From assembly GCA_033442325.1 (NCBI GenBank), contig JAWQFM010000011.1, positions 1,402,593 to 1,466,592 on the forward strand: 64,000 nt of DNA. The letters run 5' to 3'. Under the pieces are notes generated by a model, which searched no databases, was not told the DNA's origin, and saw nothing but the letters and a program-made list of their open reading frames with translations. Positions 27,428-41,314 of the stretch are shown one piece after another. Source of the DNA: Salpingoeca rosetta (Eukaryota > Protista > Choanoflagellata). The position numbers and the translations under genes were made by a program. Numbering within the stretch: position 1 is the first letter of the stretch; every line of letters starts with the position of its first letter.

Positions 27428-29212
27428 TCAAACAACGCTGGTGGTGGACGAAGTGGATGACGACAGCTTCTTGAGCAGCGCGCGTTGTTGGCCCCGACTG
27501 CGTGCTTGACTGCTGGCTGCTGTTACCGCTGGCCTTGGGCCTGCGCCGGTGCTCGCGCCTGAGGTGCTGGTGCTGGTGCTGGTGCTGTGCGTGTGGCGAC
27601 GCCGAGGCGCCTGCCTCTTTGTGGCCGCTGTTGTGGCTGTTGTGGCTGCTGTGGTTGCCTGCATGGCGCTGCGCTTGACAGGGGTCTCCATCTCCGCTGA
27701 GCCGCTGCCGTTGAGCTTGTCTTCGAGTCCGTGGTTACGGTGGCCACATTCGATGGTCGACTGATCACATTGCTGCTGGCTCTGCTGCTCCACACCATGT
27801 GCCTGACCAGCGTCGCCGTCAACGACCATGCCAGGCACAACGGGCGATGCTGCGTCAGCGCTTGTGAGTCTTCGCACGCCAACAGCTGCACGCGACCCTG
27901 TCGACGTGCTGCGGGAGCGGGTGCGGTTCGCGTGCTTGCAATGCAGCTCAGCATCAGAGCCATCAGCTTCAGATGAGCGGGGAGGTTTCAGGTACGGAAC
28001 GCGTTGGTGGTGCTTGTTCGTGCCAGCGGGGTCATGCATGTCATCAGGATGTGTGTGGGCATCGCCACCGTATTCGTCATCGTCCTCCTGTTGATGTTCA
28101 TGCCCATGCCTCGCATGGAGAGCGCCGCCCTTGTCACGGTGGCTGCGCTCCGTTGGATCAAGCAGGAGTAGCTGCACGAGCAGGTCATGTGTTCGTGAAT
28201 CGCAGCGTTCGCCCAGCACAGACACCTCCGGCCACATGTCTTCCCATCCCATGGGCAGGTGCAACTGCATATACAAGCACATGCACACACAAGGGTGAGT
28301 GCAAGTATGTTTGTGTTTGTTTGTGTGTTGTGTGTTTATATATGTGTGTGTGTCGTTTATATGTGTTTGTTTGGTTATGCGTTTGTGTGTGTGTTTGTGT
28401 ATGTGAATGTGTATGTGTTTGTTGGGCGGGCAGCAATGACACATCCCAGCACGTGAGGCAAGGTGAATTCCAGCCAGCCTGACAGACAGTGACAGACGCC
28501 AACTGCAACGGACCTTGGAAGACACTTGTCGTGCTTCTTTCGTCACGGCATCATCGACCTGTGATTGAACCGAAATGAATGTCATGTCAGAAATTGAGCA
28601 AAGTGCGGCGCGTATGTGTATGTGTGTATGTGTGTGTATGTGTATGCGTGTGTATGTGTGTGTGTATGTATGTGTGTGTATGTGTGTGTATGTGTGGAGT
28701 TGCGCACGTGTGTGTGTGTGTGTGGAGTTGTGTACGTGTTTGTAACGACAGGATAGCATTGCTCTGACTGTGGTTTTTGGAAGAAACCAACCTTGAGCAG
28801 GTTGGGATCCTCAATCAGCGCTCGAATGCAGGCGACAACGGCATCGCTGCGACCTTTGGGGATGGTGTGTGCCTGTCACGAGAGATTGTAAGCAGCCACA
28901 GGCGTCGCATTGTCGACAGCGGTGGATTAGTACAAGAGAGTATACACACAACAGAGCAGAAGCGCACGTGCAAGGCAAAGCGCAAACGCTGTGGTGATGT
29001 GTTGTTCAGGGTTGAGTGGCAGAATTCGGGCGATGATGGTACAGTGGGCGATGGTAGCATCAACGCATCACTCACCCCCACCCACCCACACACACAACAC
29101 ACACACACACAACACACAACACACACACAACACACACAACACACACAACACACAACACACAACACACACAACACACACACACAACACACACACACACAAC
29201 ACACACACACAC

Positions 29213-29311
<99 letters not shown>

Positions 29312-31110
29312 CCAACCAGTGGGGTGGCCATGGTCTTGGCGATGCGAGCGGGAGTGAACTTTGAGGAGCGGTGCTTGCTCAACTCCGCCCAGTGGTCGCA
29401 CAACACCCGCAGCACTTCTGCGTGGCTGTCCAGATGGACGGTGTAACGAGGGGGGACGGACAGGCAACGCACAAGTGCGCACGCAAGTGAGGAGGAGGTA
29501 ATAATACATGGTGAGATGAAGCGCACAGCTCGCACAGACGACAGCAAACACCACAGCACAATACAACACGAGACGAGAGAGCAGACGATAAGAAGACATG
29601 AGAAGGCAGCACAATGCGAGCAGAGGACAAGGCAGCATGAGACAGGAGCACACAGCATCCGAAACAGGCGCACGTACGCGCGAGGCAGGAGGGCATCCAG
29701 GGCACCGAATAGCGCGGGGGTTATGCTTGGGTTGCGTTCCGCCGACACACCGGCGTCCACCACCAAGTACATGAGCGATGGCACCAGGAGTGGCTGTGGC
29801 ATGCGCACAAGGAACTTGCGAATGGCATCGCTGCACTCCTGTTCTGTGTTGAACACAATTTTCTCAAACCTGCATGGCGCGTGGTGGACCGTGGTGTGGT
29901 GCGGACGATGAATGACAGGGATATCCAAGCGTGCATGCAGATTGGCGCAAATTGGTGCGAGGAGGGCGTCAGCACATGCTTGCGTGCACATATGCGACAG
30001 TGTGCATGTGCATCGTGTGTGTGCGTGTCGTGTGCGTGTCATGTGTGCATGTGCATCGTGTGTGTATGTGTCGTGTGCTTTGTGTGTGTGTGTGTGTGAT
30101 GTGTATGTTGTGTGTGTGTTTACGTTGCTTGCTGACAGTTGCGCACACCTTCCCAACACTCACTTGGCAGTGAACACAGTGACGGAAGGAAAGGCGCCAC
30201 CATTCTGATAGTCTGTGATTTTGAATGAAATGAGGAGATTCGAAATAAGCTGGGCGAGGACCACCAATTAGCACTCCTTTCAACCACTCACAAACAACCC
30301 CAACACAAGCACATTGTCAGGGATACAGCGACGTGAAAGTGCAAGGCAACTGCAAGCGCCAGGCTCTGCTGCTTATGTTCTCACATGTGTTCAGATGCCC
30401 CGTGACAACCTTGAGCCAGCCAGGGCAGCCGGGGGAATGCCAGCTGAACGCCTCGCCGTACAGCGCCGCTGCTCACAGCACATAAAAGCATGTGTGCGTG
30501 CGTTGGTGTGTTTTGGTGGTCAGGCACGAAGTACGTACAATTAGTGCCATCAATGCACACACGCGCGCACAACAAAATGTCTCTCTTGCTCTCTCTGTCA
30601 CACACACACACACACACAAACAAAACAAAACACACAAACTAACAAACTCAACAACACACACACACAACAACACACACACACACACAACATGGCATCCAAT
30701 CTACGGAACAGGTGCGTAGTCTGTGATTTTGAATGAAATGAGGAGATTCGAAATAAGCTGGGCGAGGACCACCAATTAGCACTCCTTTCAACCACTCACA
30801 AACAACCCCAACACAAGCACATTGTCAGGGATACAGCGACGTGAAAGTGCAAGGCAACTGCAAGCGCCAGGCTCTGCTGCTTATGTTCTCACATGTGTTC
30901 AGATGCCCCGTGACAACCTTGAGCCAGCCAGGGCAGCCGGGGGAATGCCAGCTGAACGCCTCGCCGTACAGCGCCGCTGCTCACAGCACATAAAAGCATG
31001 TGTGCGTGCGTTGGTGTGTTTTGGTGGTCAGGCACGAAGTACGTACAATTAGTGCCATCAATGCACACACGCGCGCACAACAAAATGTCTCTCTTGCTCT
31101 CTCTTTCACA

Positions 31111-31160
<50 letters not shown>

Positions 31161-33011
31161 AGCACACACCGTGGTCACTTCGAAGAATGGGTTTGTGCGC
31201 TTTGGGTTTGCTTGCCGCGGCTGTGCGCAGCCCCTCGGCGAAGCTTGGATCGGACAAGAGCGCTTTCACAGACCGGCCGCTCATGGCAGCGTACGACTGC
31301 AGCGCCACCCACTTGAGCGTGTACTCCTCCACCTGTCGATACATGGCAGTGGTGGCAACCATGGTGTGAGGGGATCATCACTCATCATGCATTCGAAATG
31401 ATGTAGCGGGCCTTCACCCCGCGACAGAGAGAACAGTTTGCCTCCACATCAGGTGTCAAGTGCACGTTGCCGCGCATAGTGCATACGGGAAGACAAGCTT
31501 ACTTGCTTCCACAGCATGACATGTCGACGGCGTGTGGAGCCTCGTGCGGTCGGCACAGCCACTGGATTGTGTGTGTGTGTGTGTGTGTGTGTGGTTGTGT
31601 GTGTGTGTGGGCGTGTGTGTGGTTGTGAATGTGAAGGGGAGTGTGGGCGTGTGTGTGTGGGCGTGTGGCACAAGAGCAGGCACACGCAGACGGGAAGTTG
31701 TTCACTTAACAGACACCGAAACAGGCACACACACACACACACACACGCACACACACACACACACACACAGAGGTCAAGGGATCACGGCCTCGACTTGACA
31801 CAAGTACACACATGCGGCCGCCACCAACCTGCGGGTCCCATAAAGTTGTTTCGCATGGGCTCGCGCACTGGATCCTGCTTCCCTTCAAACATTCCTTTTG
31901 GGAACTCACGTGCGGGCGGTGCAACGAAACTGGACATTCCAACGCAAGCGGTGTGGTTCCATTCGTGAATCAAAAGAGGTTATTCCTTATGCGAGAGACA
32001 AGAACACACCCAATACCAATCTGCGCCATCCCACACTCCCCCTTCCAATTCACAACCCCCCCACACACATACACACACTCACAACCACGATCACACGCAC
32101 TTGTTGTTGCCGGTGAAAACTGCACTGGTGCTTGCGGTAAAAGGTTGCTTGGAGTAAGACCCAATATTGGTCGCAGAAGAAGCAGGTGTACCTCCTGTTG
32201 CCGCCGCAGCCGCTGCTGCAGCCATGCGCTTTCGTCGCCTCGCCTTCTCCTTTCTCTTGTTTGTCGGCAGCGTGCCAGTCCTCTTCCTGTCCTTGGCCTT
32301 GCGGTCGCCCAGGCCAAAAGAGAATCCCAGGGAAGGTTTGCTGAAGCCAAACGAGGTCGGTAGCGACATGCCGAGCAGCTTCGTCTTGGACGTCAGCTTT
32401 GGCGGTGAGTCCTCAGCTTTGTGCCGCTTTGCTTTGTTTGCACCACCAGCGTCATTTTCATCGTGTTGTTGTTGCTGCTTGTCGTGGTGATGGCTGTCGT
32501 CACCACCACCATCAGCATCGTCGTCGTCTCTATGCTTTGTCTTCTGTGCCTGCTGCTTTTGCACGATGCGATAGATGGTTTTGTCCGAGTCCTTGATCGT
32601 ACGCCCGGACCCAAACGGGCTGCTTCGCTGCTGCTGCTGCTGTTGTTGAGCGCTGCCGTTTGCCGACGACGAGGATGAATCCTTGATGACTGCCAACACG
32701 CCGTCGTCCAACAGCTTCCCGCAGAGCTTCTCGACGTTGGGTCGCTGCGCTTGCTGGAATCGCTCCTCCGGCTGCTCGTGCAGGTACTCCAACACGGCGG
32801 TGACGAGGTCGCTGCCGCGGATGCAGTTTTTGTAGAAGCGCCGACCAAACCGCATATCCTTTGTCTCGCATGCATGTACGCGCTCCTCCAGCCCTTCCCA
32901 CAGCCTCAGCGCCCGGAACTTGGGTGCCCCGTCATCCTGCTGTTGGTGCTGCTGTTGGTGCTGCTGTTGGTGCTGCTGTTGATGCCGCTGTTGATGCGCG
33001 GCTGTGCTCAT
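27428..33011 (-). CDS. DEPDC1: DEP domain + RhoGAP-like domain protein (DEPDC1/DEPDC7/LET-99 family)
   Basis: DEP segment KFRALRLWEG...FYKNCIRGSDLV...LCGKLLDDGV...DSDKTIYRI. Then PGWLKVVTGHLN...FEKIVF...RMPQPLL, resembling DEPDC1 PHWVLSAMKCL..FERDVF..LPEPLL, followed by RhoGAP-like helices. The 3' end is taken from the ORF stop at 27428. Confidence 0.72.
30209..31104. repeat. Direct tandem duplication, about 388 bp identical units 508 bp apart (30209-30596 and 30717-31104), containing an 84-nt exon
   Basis: Identical ORFs 30314-30544 and 30822-31052; unit start tagtctgtgattttgaatg at 30209 and 30717. Confidence 0.95.
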
Positions 33012-33303
33012 CGTGCTGGTGATCGGTTTCGACGCTCCAACACCACCAACCAGCGAACGAGCAATTCAAATTTTGCGGCTAGGGCAACTGATCCGCCCGT
33101 TGAGGAAATGCGAGCGTTCTGCAAAGATATTGGCGAAACAGCAAGAGCGCTGCAAGCACAGGCGAAACAAGAAGAAGGGAGAGCACGTCTCTCGCACACG
33201 TGAGCGATGCCTTTTCCTCCTTCCCCGCACACGTTGACGCCATCTTCCTCACCTCGTGTCTCGACCACCCTCAACTTATTTCGCCTGCACGAGAGACGAG
33301 ACA

Positions 33304-36300
33304 ATGGAAGTGTGTGGAGGGCTCCTTGTTGGAGCTCGGTCAGAGATGACCAAGGACGCAAGGTGGGGTTGAACTGGATGTGTGTTTGTGTTTGTGTGTG
33401 CGTGTGCGTTTGTGTGGTTTTTGCTTCGTGTTTTCTTGCTTTGTGTGTGTGTGCGTGTGTGTGTGTGTGTGTGCGTTTGTGTGTGTTTGTGTGCGCGCGT
33501 CCATGTGCTTGCGTGTGTGTGTTTGTGTGTGTGCGTGCTATTGGTGTTTGCACTTTCACGCATGTGTGCATGTGAGTATCATTGTGGTTGGCATGCTGCT
33601 CTTGGTGATTTGCTCACTGATGCCTACTACGCGCTTGCATTTGTGTCTCGCACCTGCTTTGCTCTTCGTGTTTCGCCCCTTCTTTGCTGGATCAGGTTTG
33701 CGTTCGTTCCATGTGAGAACACAGTGCGTGTGGTGGCGCTGCGCACAAGTGCTACCGTGCGCGTGCTTCAAGGGCACTCGCGTGCCATCACCCAGGTCTC
33801 CCTCAACCCGGCCAACCGCCTCCAGGTGCTTCCACCCTCTTCCTCATCCCGTAACGCATCCATGCGCGTATGGCCTGCGCTGATGTGCGATTGTACACCC
33901 TTTGCCAACACGCGAGTCTCCTGCCCAAGTTGGAACTGTCTTCACCTCCACCACCACTCATGCTCACTTCACACCTTGCCTCCGTGGTGCTGTGCTGTGT
34001 ATGACGACGCACTAGGTTGTGACGGCTGCAAAAGACAACACCATCAAAGTCTGGGACTATGACGAGGCAGTCTGCCTGAGGGTACGTAGCAACTGCGCTC
34101 CTGTGCTTTTGTTTTGTTGGCGTACTTGTTACAGTGTCGTGCTTGTGTCTGTTCGAGCTTCATTCAATCTACACCACACACGCGCACATGTTCATTGGAG
34201 CACACACTCACTCGCGCTTGAAATGCCTCCCCCTTATGCACATACACACGCGCACGCAACCGTCTGCACCTGCCCCCCTCCCAACACACAAACACACAAA
34301 CACACACACACACACATACACACACACACACACCACAGACCTTCAAGGCCAAGGGGAGCGTGGCTGCTTTCTTCTTTGATGGCCACGATGCTCGCGAGCT
34401 GTACTGGGTGGAGGAGACCCACTTTGGCCGCGCACAGCGGCTGTGCCACATGACCTTGCCTGACTCTGCATCCTCCCTGGATGTCGAGCTGACATGTGAG
34501 TGACAATCACACACCACACATCACACACCACACATCACTTTGCGTCACTCATCACACTACACAACACACACCACCCCTGCAGCCACTGGGGGTGCTTACA
34601 TTCACTCTTTGTCTGCTAGCTGGTGGCCTTTCTCACACCATTGCGGTTTTTCATGTATGTGCGTGTACGTACCTGTGCACTGCTGGGCAGACGATGATGT
34701 GATTGTTCCGGAGGTGCGCCATGCGCGGTCGTGGTGTTATCACCCGCGCACAAAGAGCTTTCTTTACGGCGCTGGCAAGACCCTGCACGTGCACTCGCTC
34801 GCCTTTGGCACTGAGCGTGTCTTCAACACGTCCAACACCATCACCGTCATCGCCACCCATGACGAGACGGACGCTATCGCCACCGGTGACGCCCAGGGCA
34901 AAGTCCACGTCTGGTCAGTCACCATGCACGGCGAGTGTGCGCGCCGTGTGTGTTGTTGTGTGGTTGTGTGGTTGTGTGGTTGTGTGTGCGTGCTTTGCGT
35001 CTGTGCGTAGTGATTGTGTGTGTGGTTGTGTGTATGTGTGCTTTGCGTCTGTGGTTTGTGATTGTGTGTGTGTGTGATTGTGTGTGCGTGTGTGCGTGAG
35101 CACTGCACGATGCACCATGAGGTTGTCTCATCCTGGTGCTGATGCTTGTGTACGCGACTTCTTTTGCTGCCTCTATTGCTTGCGTGCGAGCAGGTATGGA
35201 TGCTTCCGCGACACAGACAGCCCGCCCGTCACAACTTCGCTTCACTGGCACGCGCACGCCGTGTCTGCCCTGACATTCACCACAGACGGCGCATACCTGC
35301 TCTCAGGTACACGCATCAGCGGCGTTGACGTGTCTCGCGTGTTCACAGCATTGTCTCGTGGCTCATGCCAGCAATACTGCCTCTGTCTTTGGCGTTCAAT
35401 ACGAATTTGCACGCGCACTGCATACTTGCAATCTGATCACTATCGCACACACATACACACATGCACACACGACGCAGGTGGTGAAGAGGCTGTTTTCGTA
35501 ATGTGGCAGCTGGACACCAACACCAAGCGCTTCCTTCCCCGTCTTGGTGCGAACCTCAACTTCGATGTCACAGAAGAGCACGCATTGGCGCTTGTCCTTG
35601 GCATGCATGCAGGTGTTTGAGTGCTCGAGCCTTCGTGTTGCACACACCCCCTTACCTGCAACTGCTCTCTGTCTGCCCCCCTCTCTCTCTCTTTTTATTC
35701 GTCCCTCCCCCCTGCGTCTTGTGCGTGTGTACACCGCGCATCCTGTTGCCAGGCGCCCCGATTGCGCACATTGCTGCTGCGCAGAACAGCCAGTTCTATC
35801 TGGTGAGCCTCCACGACAACTCTGTGCTCATCATCAACGCCGCTGCCTTTGCTGTCTCCCACTCCATCATCGGCTGTCGTCAAGGTGCGAACATATTCAC
35901 GCGTGTGTGGTTGTAGCTGTGCGTGATTGTGCGTGCTTGGGTGAGTGCCTGCTGCCATTTTGCTTTGGCGTGTGGTTCTCTACCTGACGCGCGGTGGGCT
36001 CTGTGCTTATCTCACGCCTTCTCACACCACCACCACCACCACCACCACCATCGCCGCCACCACCACCACCACCACCACCATCGCCGCCACCACCACCACC
36101 ACCACGTCCCAATCTGATCTGCATGATCCAGCGCCCGTGCACGCGCATCAGAAGCACACGGTTGGCCTCGTGCGGGAGCCGCAGTCCGGGTGTGTCCTCA
36201 CCAACGGCAAGCAGGGCATGCTGCAGCTCTACGACATTGAGCGCGATGCCCACGTGCGCGACGTGGATGTTGTTGGCCGCCAATTTGTTTCCCGCACATT

Positions 36301-39300
36301 TCGCCGCCACATCTCGCCCACCTCCGTCCTCCACGCAGCATACGCCGCGGTACGCGCGCACACACACACACACATGTATGCCACTGGGCATTGCTCTTCT
36401 TGCGTCATGCAGCTTTGACTTTGTTTACATGTTCTTTGCTGCGCACCACACATACGCATTGTATTTGTACCTGTCTGCGTGCGACTTACCTCTTGTTGTT
36501 TTCCTCTTGCTTTTGGTGTGTGTGTGCGTGTGTGTGTGTGTGCGCGCGCGCAGGGCGGGTCAACGCTGGCGACGGTGGAGTACCGCCGGGACGCGTTTGC
36601 AGACGGCGACCTTCGCCTCAAGTTCTGGACGCGCAAGGACTCTGGCTTCAAGTACGCCATGAACACGCTCGTGGAGCCGCCCCACACGGCGGCCGTCACG
36701 GGGCTTCTGGCCCATCCGACCAAGCGCCTGTTTGTCACCACGTCCAAGGATGGCACCATCAAGCTGTGGGCGTTTACGGAGCAGGGCGGTACGAGTCAAG
36801 GGGGAGACGAGGGTGCGTGACAAGGAGGCTGCAGCGACGTTCAGCGTTGTGGCTGTGGCTGATGTCGTTGATGCTCTGCGTGTGTGAAGTATGGCGGAAG
36901 AGCAGGGTTTTGTAGGCCGGTACCAGTTCACGTTTCATGCAACTCACACACATACACACACATACACACACGTGTCCATACATACACACGTCCACACACA
37001 TTTATTTTCTATGTTCTCAGATCCCGAGGACAGCCGGCGGCCTTCGCCCCACTGGTACTGCCAGGCTGTTGGCGACTACAACCAGCTCCCCTGCACCGCA
37101 GCCGCCATGTCTGCTGATGGCTCGCACTTTGTCGTTGCGTGCAAGAACTTTCTCACGTTGTGGAGCACGGAGGACATGACGCTGCTGCGCGTGGCCATGC
37201 TCTCCACCCATAAGGTGCTCGTCTCCCACCTTGCCTTTACGGCCGACGGCAAGACAATTGTGCTCGCTGCGCGCCAGCACACGATGCTGTTTGACGTCTC
37301 AACGCTGGGCGTGCTGCACTCGACTGCCCAGCGCACCGCCTTCCTTGCCACCGCGGCCCACACCAGCAGCGCCGCCGCCTCCTCCACCGCCGATGACGCC
37401 AGCGATGAGGGCGACAGCGACAACAGCAGTGGAGAAGTGGAGCACGGTGATGTGTATGCGGTTGTTCACTCGCATGATGATCGTAGCTCGTGGACCGCCT
37501 CTGTCTTCCGCACGAGCAAACCAGACGCGCCGCTTGTCGACATTCCCCTGCGCAGCTGCCCAAAGGCCATCGCCTTCTGGCAGGTGCGTCTGCATGCTGT
37601 GTTTGTGTTTGTGAAGTGCTCGTGCGTTGATTGGGTTGCACACCTTTTCTTTCATTTGTCGTCTTTGCCATGTGCATCTTTTCTCTTGCCTTTCGGCCTG
37701 CTCTTGCGAAACACCCTCTCTTCCCCCTTTTCTCTCCCTTTTCTCTTCCTTTCCGTTTCCGTTTCCTCTACCTTTCGTTCTTGTCCCCCTCCTCCCCCTC
37801 CTCCTGCCCCTCCTGCCCCCTCCTCCTCCTCCTCCTCCTCCTCCTCCACATCCATTTCTCTCGATCCTGTTCGTCCACATTTCTTCTGTCTTCCGCACAA
37901 TGGCGGTGCTCTGCCTGTCCCTGTTCCCATGGGCAGTGCATGTTGCGAGTCACTGCAAAGAGCTGTCTGTGCGCACACCAAGGTTTCTGCGGACGATGGT
38001 TGTCCTGTCACACCCCACCTTTACTTGCTGGTGTTGGCAGCAGTACCCATGTCTATCCGTACACCGTTGCCTTCTTTTGTTCCTTTGCATCCACGTGTGC
38101 CGCGTTCGCTACCCCCTTTCGAGGAGAGACGCGCCGGGGGGGGGGGGGTTGTTACACCTTTAGCCGAATCCCTTCCTTCCTTCTTCTCATCCTTCCTTCC
38201 TTCACCGCGAATCAATTTCCCTATCAAGCACAGCAGCACCAGCAACAGCACCCCTCTTCGCGTGTTTCCATGCCCATTTGCCCTCCTTCCAACTCAACGA
38301 TGCTCACCCCACCGCATCTGCTGTTGTTCCACCCATTTCCCCACGCATTCTCCACCCATGACGAATGCTGACAGGTGCATGGCGAGCTTCGTCTCGTGGT
38401 GTTGGACCAGCGCCAGCGGTTGTGCCTCTTCCCCCTCGATAGTGCAGGCACCCGCAAGGAACCAACCCGTCTGCAGCCAGACACCAGCAACGTGCGTGTG
38501 TGGTTGTGTGGTGTGTGCATGTAGTGTCAATGTGAGCACACAGTGGCTTGGCGTTGTTCTGTCTGTTGTAACTGCAGGCATGGTGTTTTTGGTGGTCATG
38601 TCATGCGTTTGCCATCCATTTTTAGCTTCCATTTCTCACCCGCAGCTCTCCCATCATCCCATGCCCCATGCATTTACGCCCGCGTGCTTCGCAGGTGCCG
38701 CTGTATGGTGTTGGCAGCGAGGACTTTGACCAGACGCGGCAGGCGTATCAGCGGTTCTTTGGCACAGCAAGTGCTGCTGCCAGGGTTGTCGGCGCCACGT
38801 CCTCAGCACAGGCGGCGTCAGCCTTGTACGCCGAGCAGCAGCTTGCATCCCGTGCCATGTCCATTGGCAAGACCCCGCTTGAGGAGACGTTTGCTGTCCC
38901 CTCGCACCTGCTGCCCTCCATGCGGCTGCTGTCTGCCCAGTTTCTTGACCTGTCGCTTGCCACAGCGCGCCCGCACGCCACAGCCACGGAGAGCGGCAGC
39001 GACACGACAAGCAAGATGCCAGTGGACGACAAGGCCGCGCTTGCACAGGAGAAGGCCGACGCGGTTCGCATGCGCTCCCAGGCCACGGGTGCCGACGGCA
39101 GCAAGACAAGCGAGCCCTCCACGCAACGCGATGCCAGCACCAACAGCAGCAGCAGCGGCAGTGGACTCGTGCTTGAGACCCTGCTGCATGCGCCCGTGCA
39201 CACAAGCACGAGCGCGCCGTCCATCACCGCATCAGACTTTGCGTTTGTGAAGACGCTTGGCGATGTCAGCAACGAGGGCGAGGGCGACAAGACGAGCATT

Positions 39301-39945
39301 GCAGCCGACGACAGCTTTGCGTGGTGCTTCGAAGCGCCATCCAAGCGCTCCGACAAGAAAAAGAAGAAGGACAAGAAGGACAAGAAGAAGAAGGACAAGA
39401 AGGACAAGAAGGATAAGAAGGAGAAGAGTAAGGGTGACACGTCCACTGTGGCGAGGAGACAGCAACCACGCGTTGAGGTGGAAGACTTGGAGACGAAGCA
39501 GGGCCAGGAACCGAACGGCGCTGTTGCGACACCAAAGAAGTTGAACGGTGTGATGATCAACGGAAACGGCAGTCACCACGTGGCTGAAGAGGAGGACGGC
39601 GAGGAGCACGTGACACCAAAGGCGAAGAAGTCCAAGGTTGAGGACGCTGATGATAGTGAACAGACCAAGGGTGAAGAGGGTCAGGAGGAGATGAACGACT
39701 CTCTGGCGTCGCTGCCCGGGACGCCCGACGGCCCACGTCGCATGCCGACTCGCAACACGCCAAACCCGCGTAAGCAGCGCCGCCGCAAATCCATGCCCGG
39801 CGGAGACGGCCTGGCAAACGGCAACGGCAGCACGAAGGGCACCAGCAAGAAGAGCACGCCTGCGCGTACCAAGGCACCTGGCAAGCGAAGCGGTGCAAAG
39901 TCTGTTGGCGCCACGCCTCTTCGCGCACATGCCAAGCGGGCTTGA
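33304..39945 (+). CDS. WDR75: WD repeat protein 75 (UTP17/NAN1), SSU processome t-UTP
   Basis: MEVCGG...[30 protein letters not shown]; [43 protein letters not shown]; LKFW...NT.VEPPH; PSHLLPSM; Lys/Asp-rich tail. Stop at 39943-39945. Confidence 0.9.
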
Positions 39946-39975
39946 AGCTTCAGTCTTGGTGTGCGCTCTGCTTTG

Positions 39976-40040
<65 letters not shown>

Positions 40041-40047
40041 GTGTGTG

Positions 40048-40089
<42 letters not shown>

Positions 40090-40192
40090 TACGTGCTTTG
40101 TTGGTGGGTTTTGTGTAACGTTCAATAGACTGAAATCAGACTTTTTCACTGAAATAAGTTTCTCCGCAGTCCACAACGACCACAACAACAAC

Positions 40193-40739
40193 ATGACGCA
40201 GAGCGTGGTGCTGCAGATTGGGCAGTGTGGGAACCAGGTTGGAAGGCAGTTCTGGGAGCGGGCGTTGAAGGAGCATGCGGAGTACAACGAGGATGGGACG
40301 TTTGACGAGAGCCTGAACACTTTCTTTCGCAACGTGGACACGCGCTTCACCCCTGCGCGCGACCTGCCACTGAAACGGGGCGCGCAGATCGCTTCGCTCC
40401 GCGCACGCGCAGTGCTCATCGACATGGAGGAGGGCGTGGTGAACGAGGTCCTCTCAGGCCCACTGGCAGACGTCTTTGACACGCACCAAACGGTCACCAA
40501 CGTTAGCGGATCCGGGAACAACTGGGCCGTGGGCTACTTCACATATGGCCAGACACACAAGGAGCAGATCTCCGACACTGTGCGAATCGCAGTGGAGCAG
40601 TGTGACTGCCTGCAATCCTTCATCCTCCTTCACAGCATGGGTGGAGGCACGGGCTCTGGCTTGGGAACTTACGTCCTTGAGCTCTTGCACGATGAATATC
40701 CTTCAGTCTACCGCTTCGTCACCGCCGTCTACCCTTCAA

Positions 40740-40784
<45 letters not shown>

Positions 40785-41274
40785 GGGGAGGGGCGGCATG
40801 CAGGCGCAGGTACACGTGTGCGTGCATGTGTGTTTACAGGTACACGCGCGCTCGCTCGCGTCCTTCCTCTCTTTGTTTCTCTCTGTTTCTATGTTTGTCT
40901 GTCTGTCAGCCTCTCTCATTGCAATGTTGCTCCCGAAGAAATCGACTCACGAGCGCCATTCTGTGCTCTTTGAGAATGACAGGATGACGATGTTATCACA
41001 TCTCCGTACAATAGCGTACTGGCCATGCACCAGCTGCAGCAGCACGCTGACTGCGTCATTCCAGTTGAGAACCAGGCATTACAAGACATTGTTGAAGTCG
41101 TCGACCACCAAACTAAAGGTACATTTGTGTGTCTGCCTGCCTGCCTGTCTGTGTGTGAGTGTGTGTGTCTGTGTGCCTGCCTGCCTGCCTGCCTGCCTGT
41201 CTGTGTGTCTGTCAATCACAAAAATGCATTCGCACACGAGCAGATACACAGACACAGACACACACACAGACACA

Positions 41275-41314
<40 letters not shown>

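Noticed and set aside
30209-31104. LTR pair, transposon or CRISPR interpretation of the direct repeat
   Set aside because: The unit consists of host exon and intron sequence, with no TIR, TSD, transposase or spacer array.
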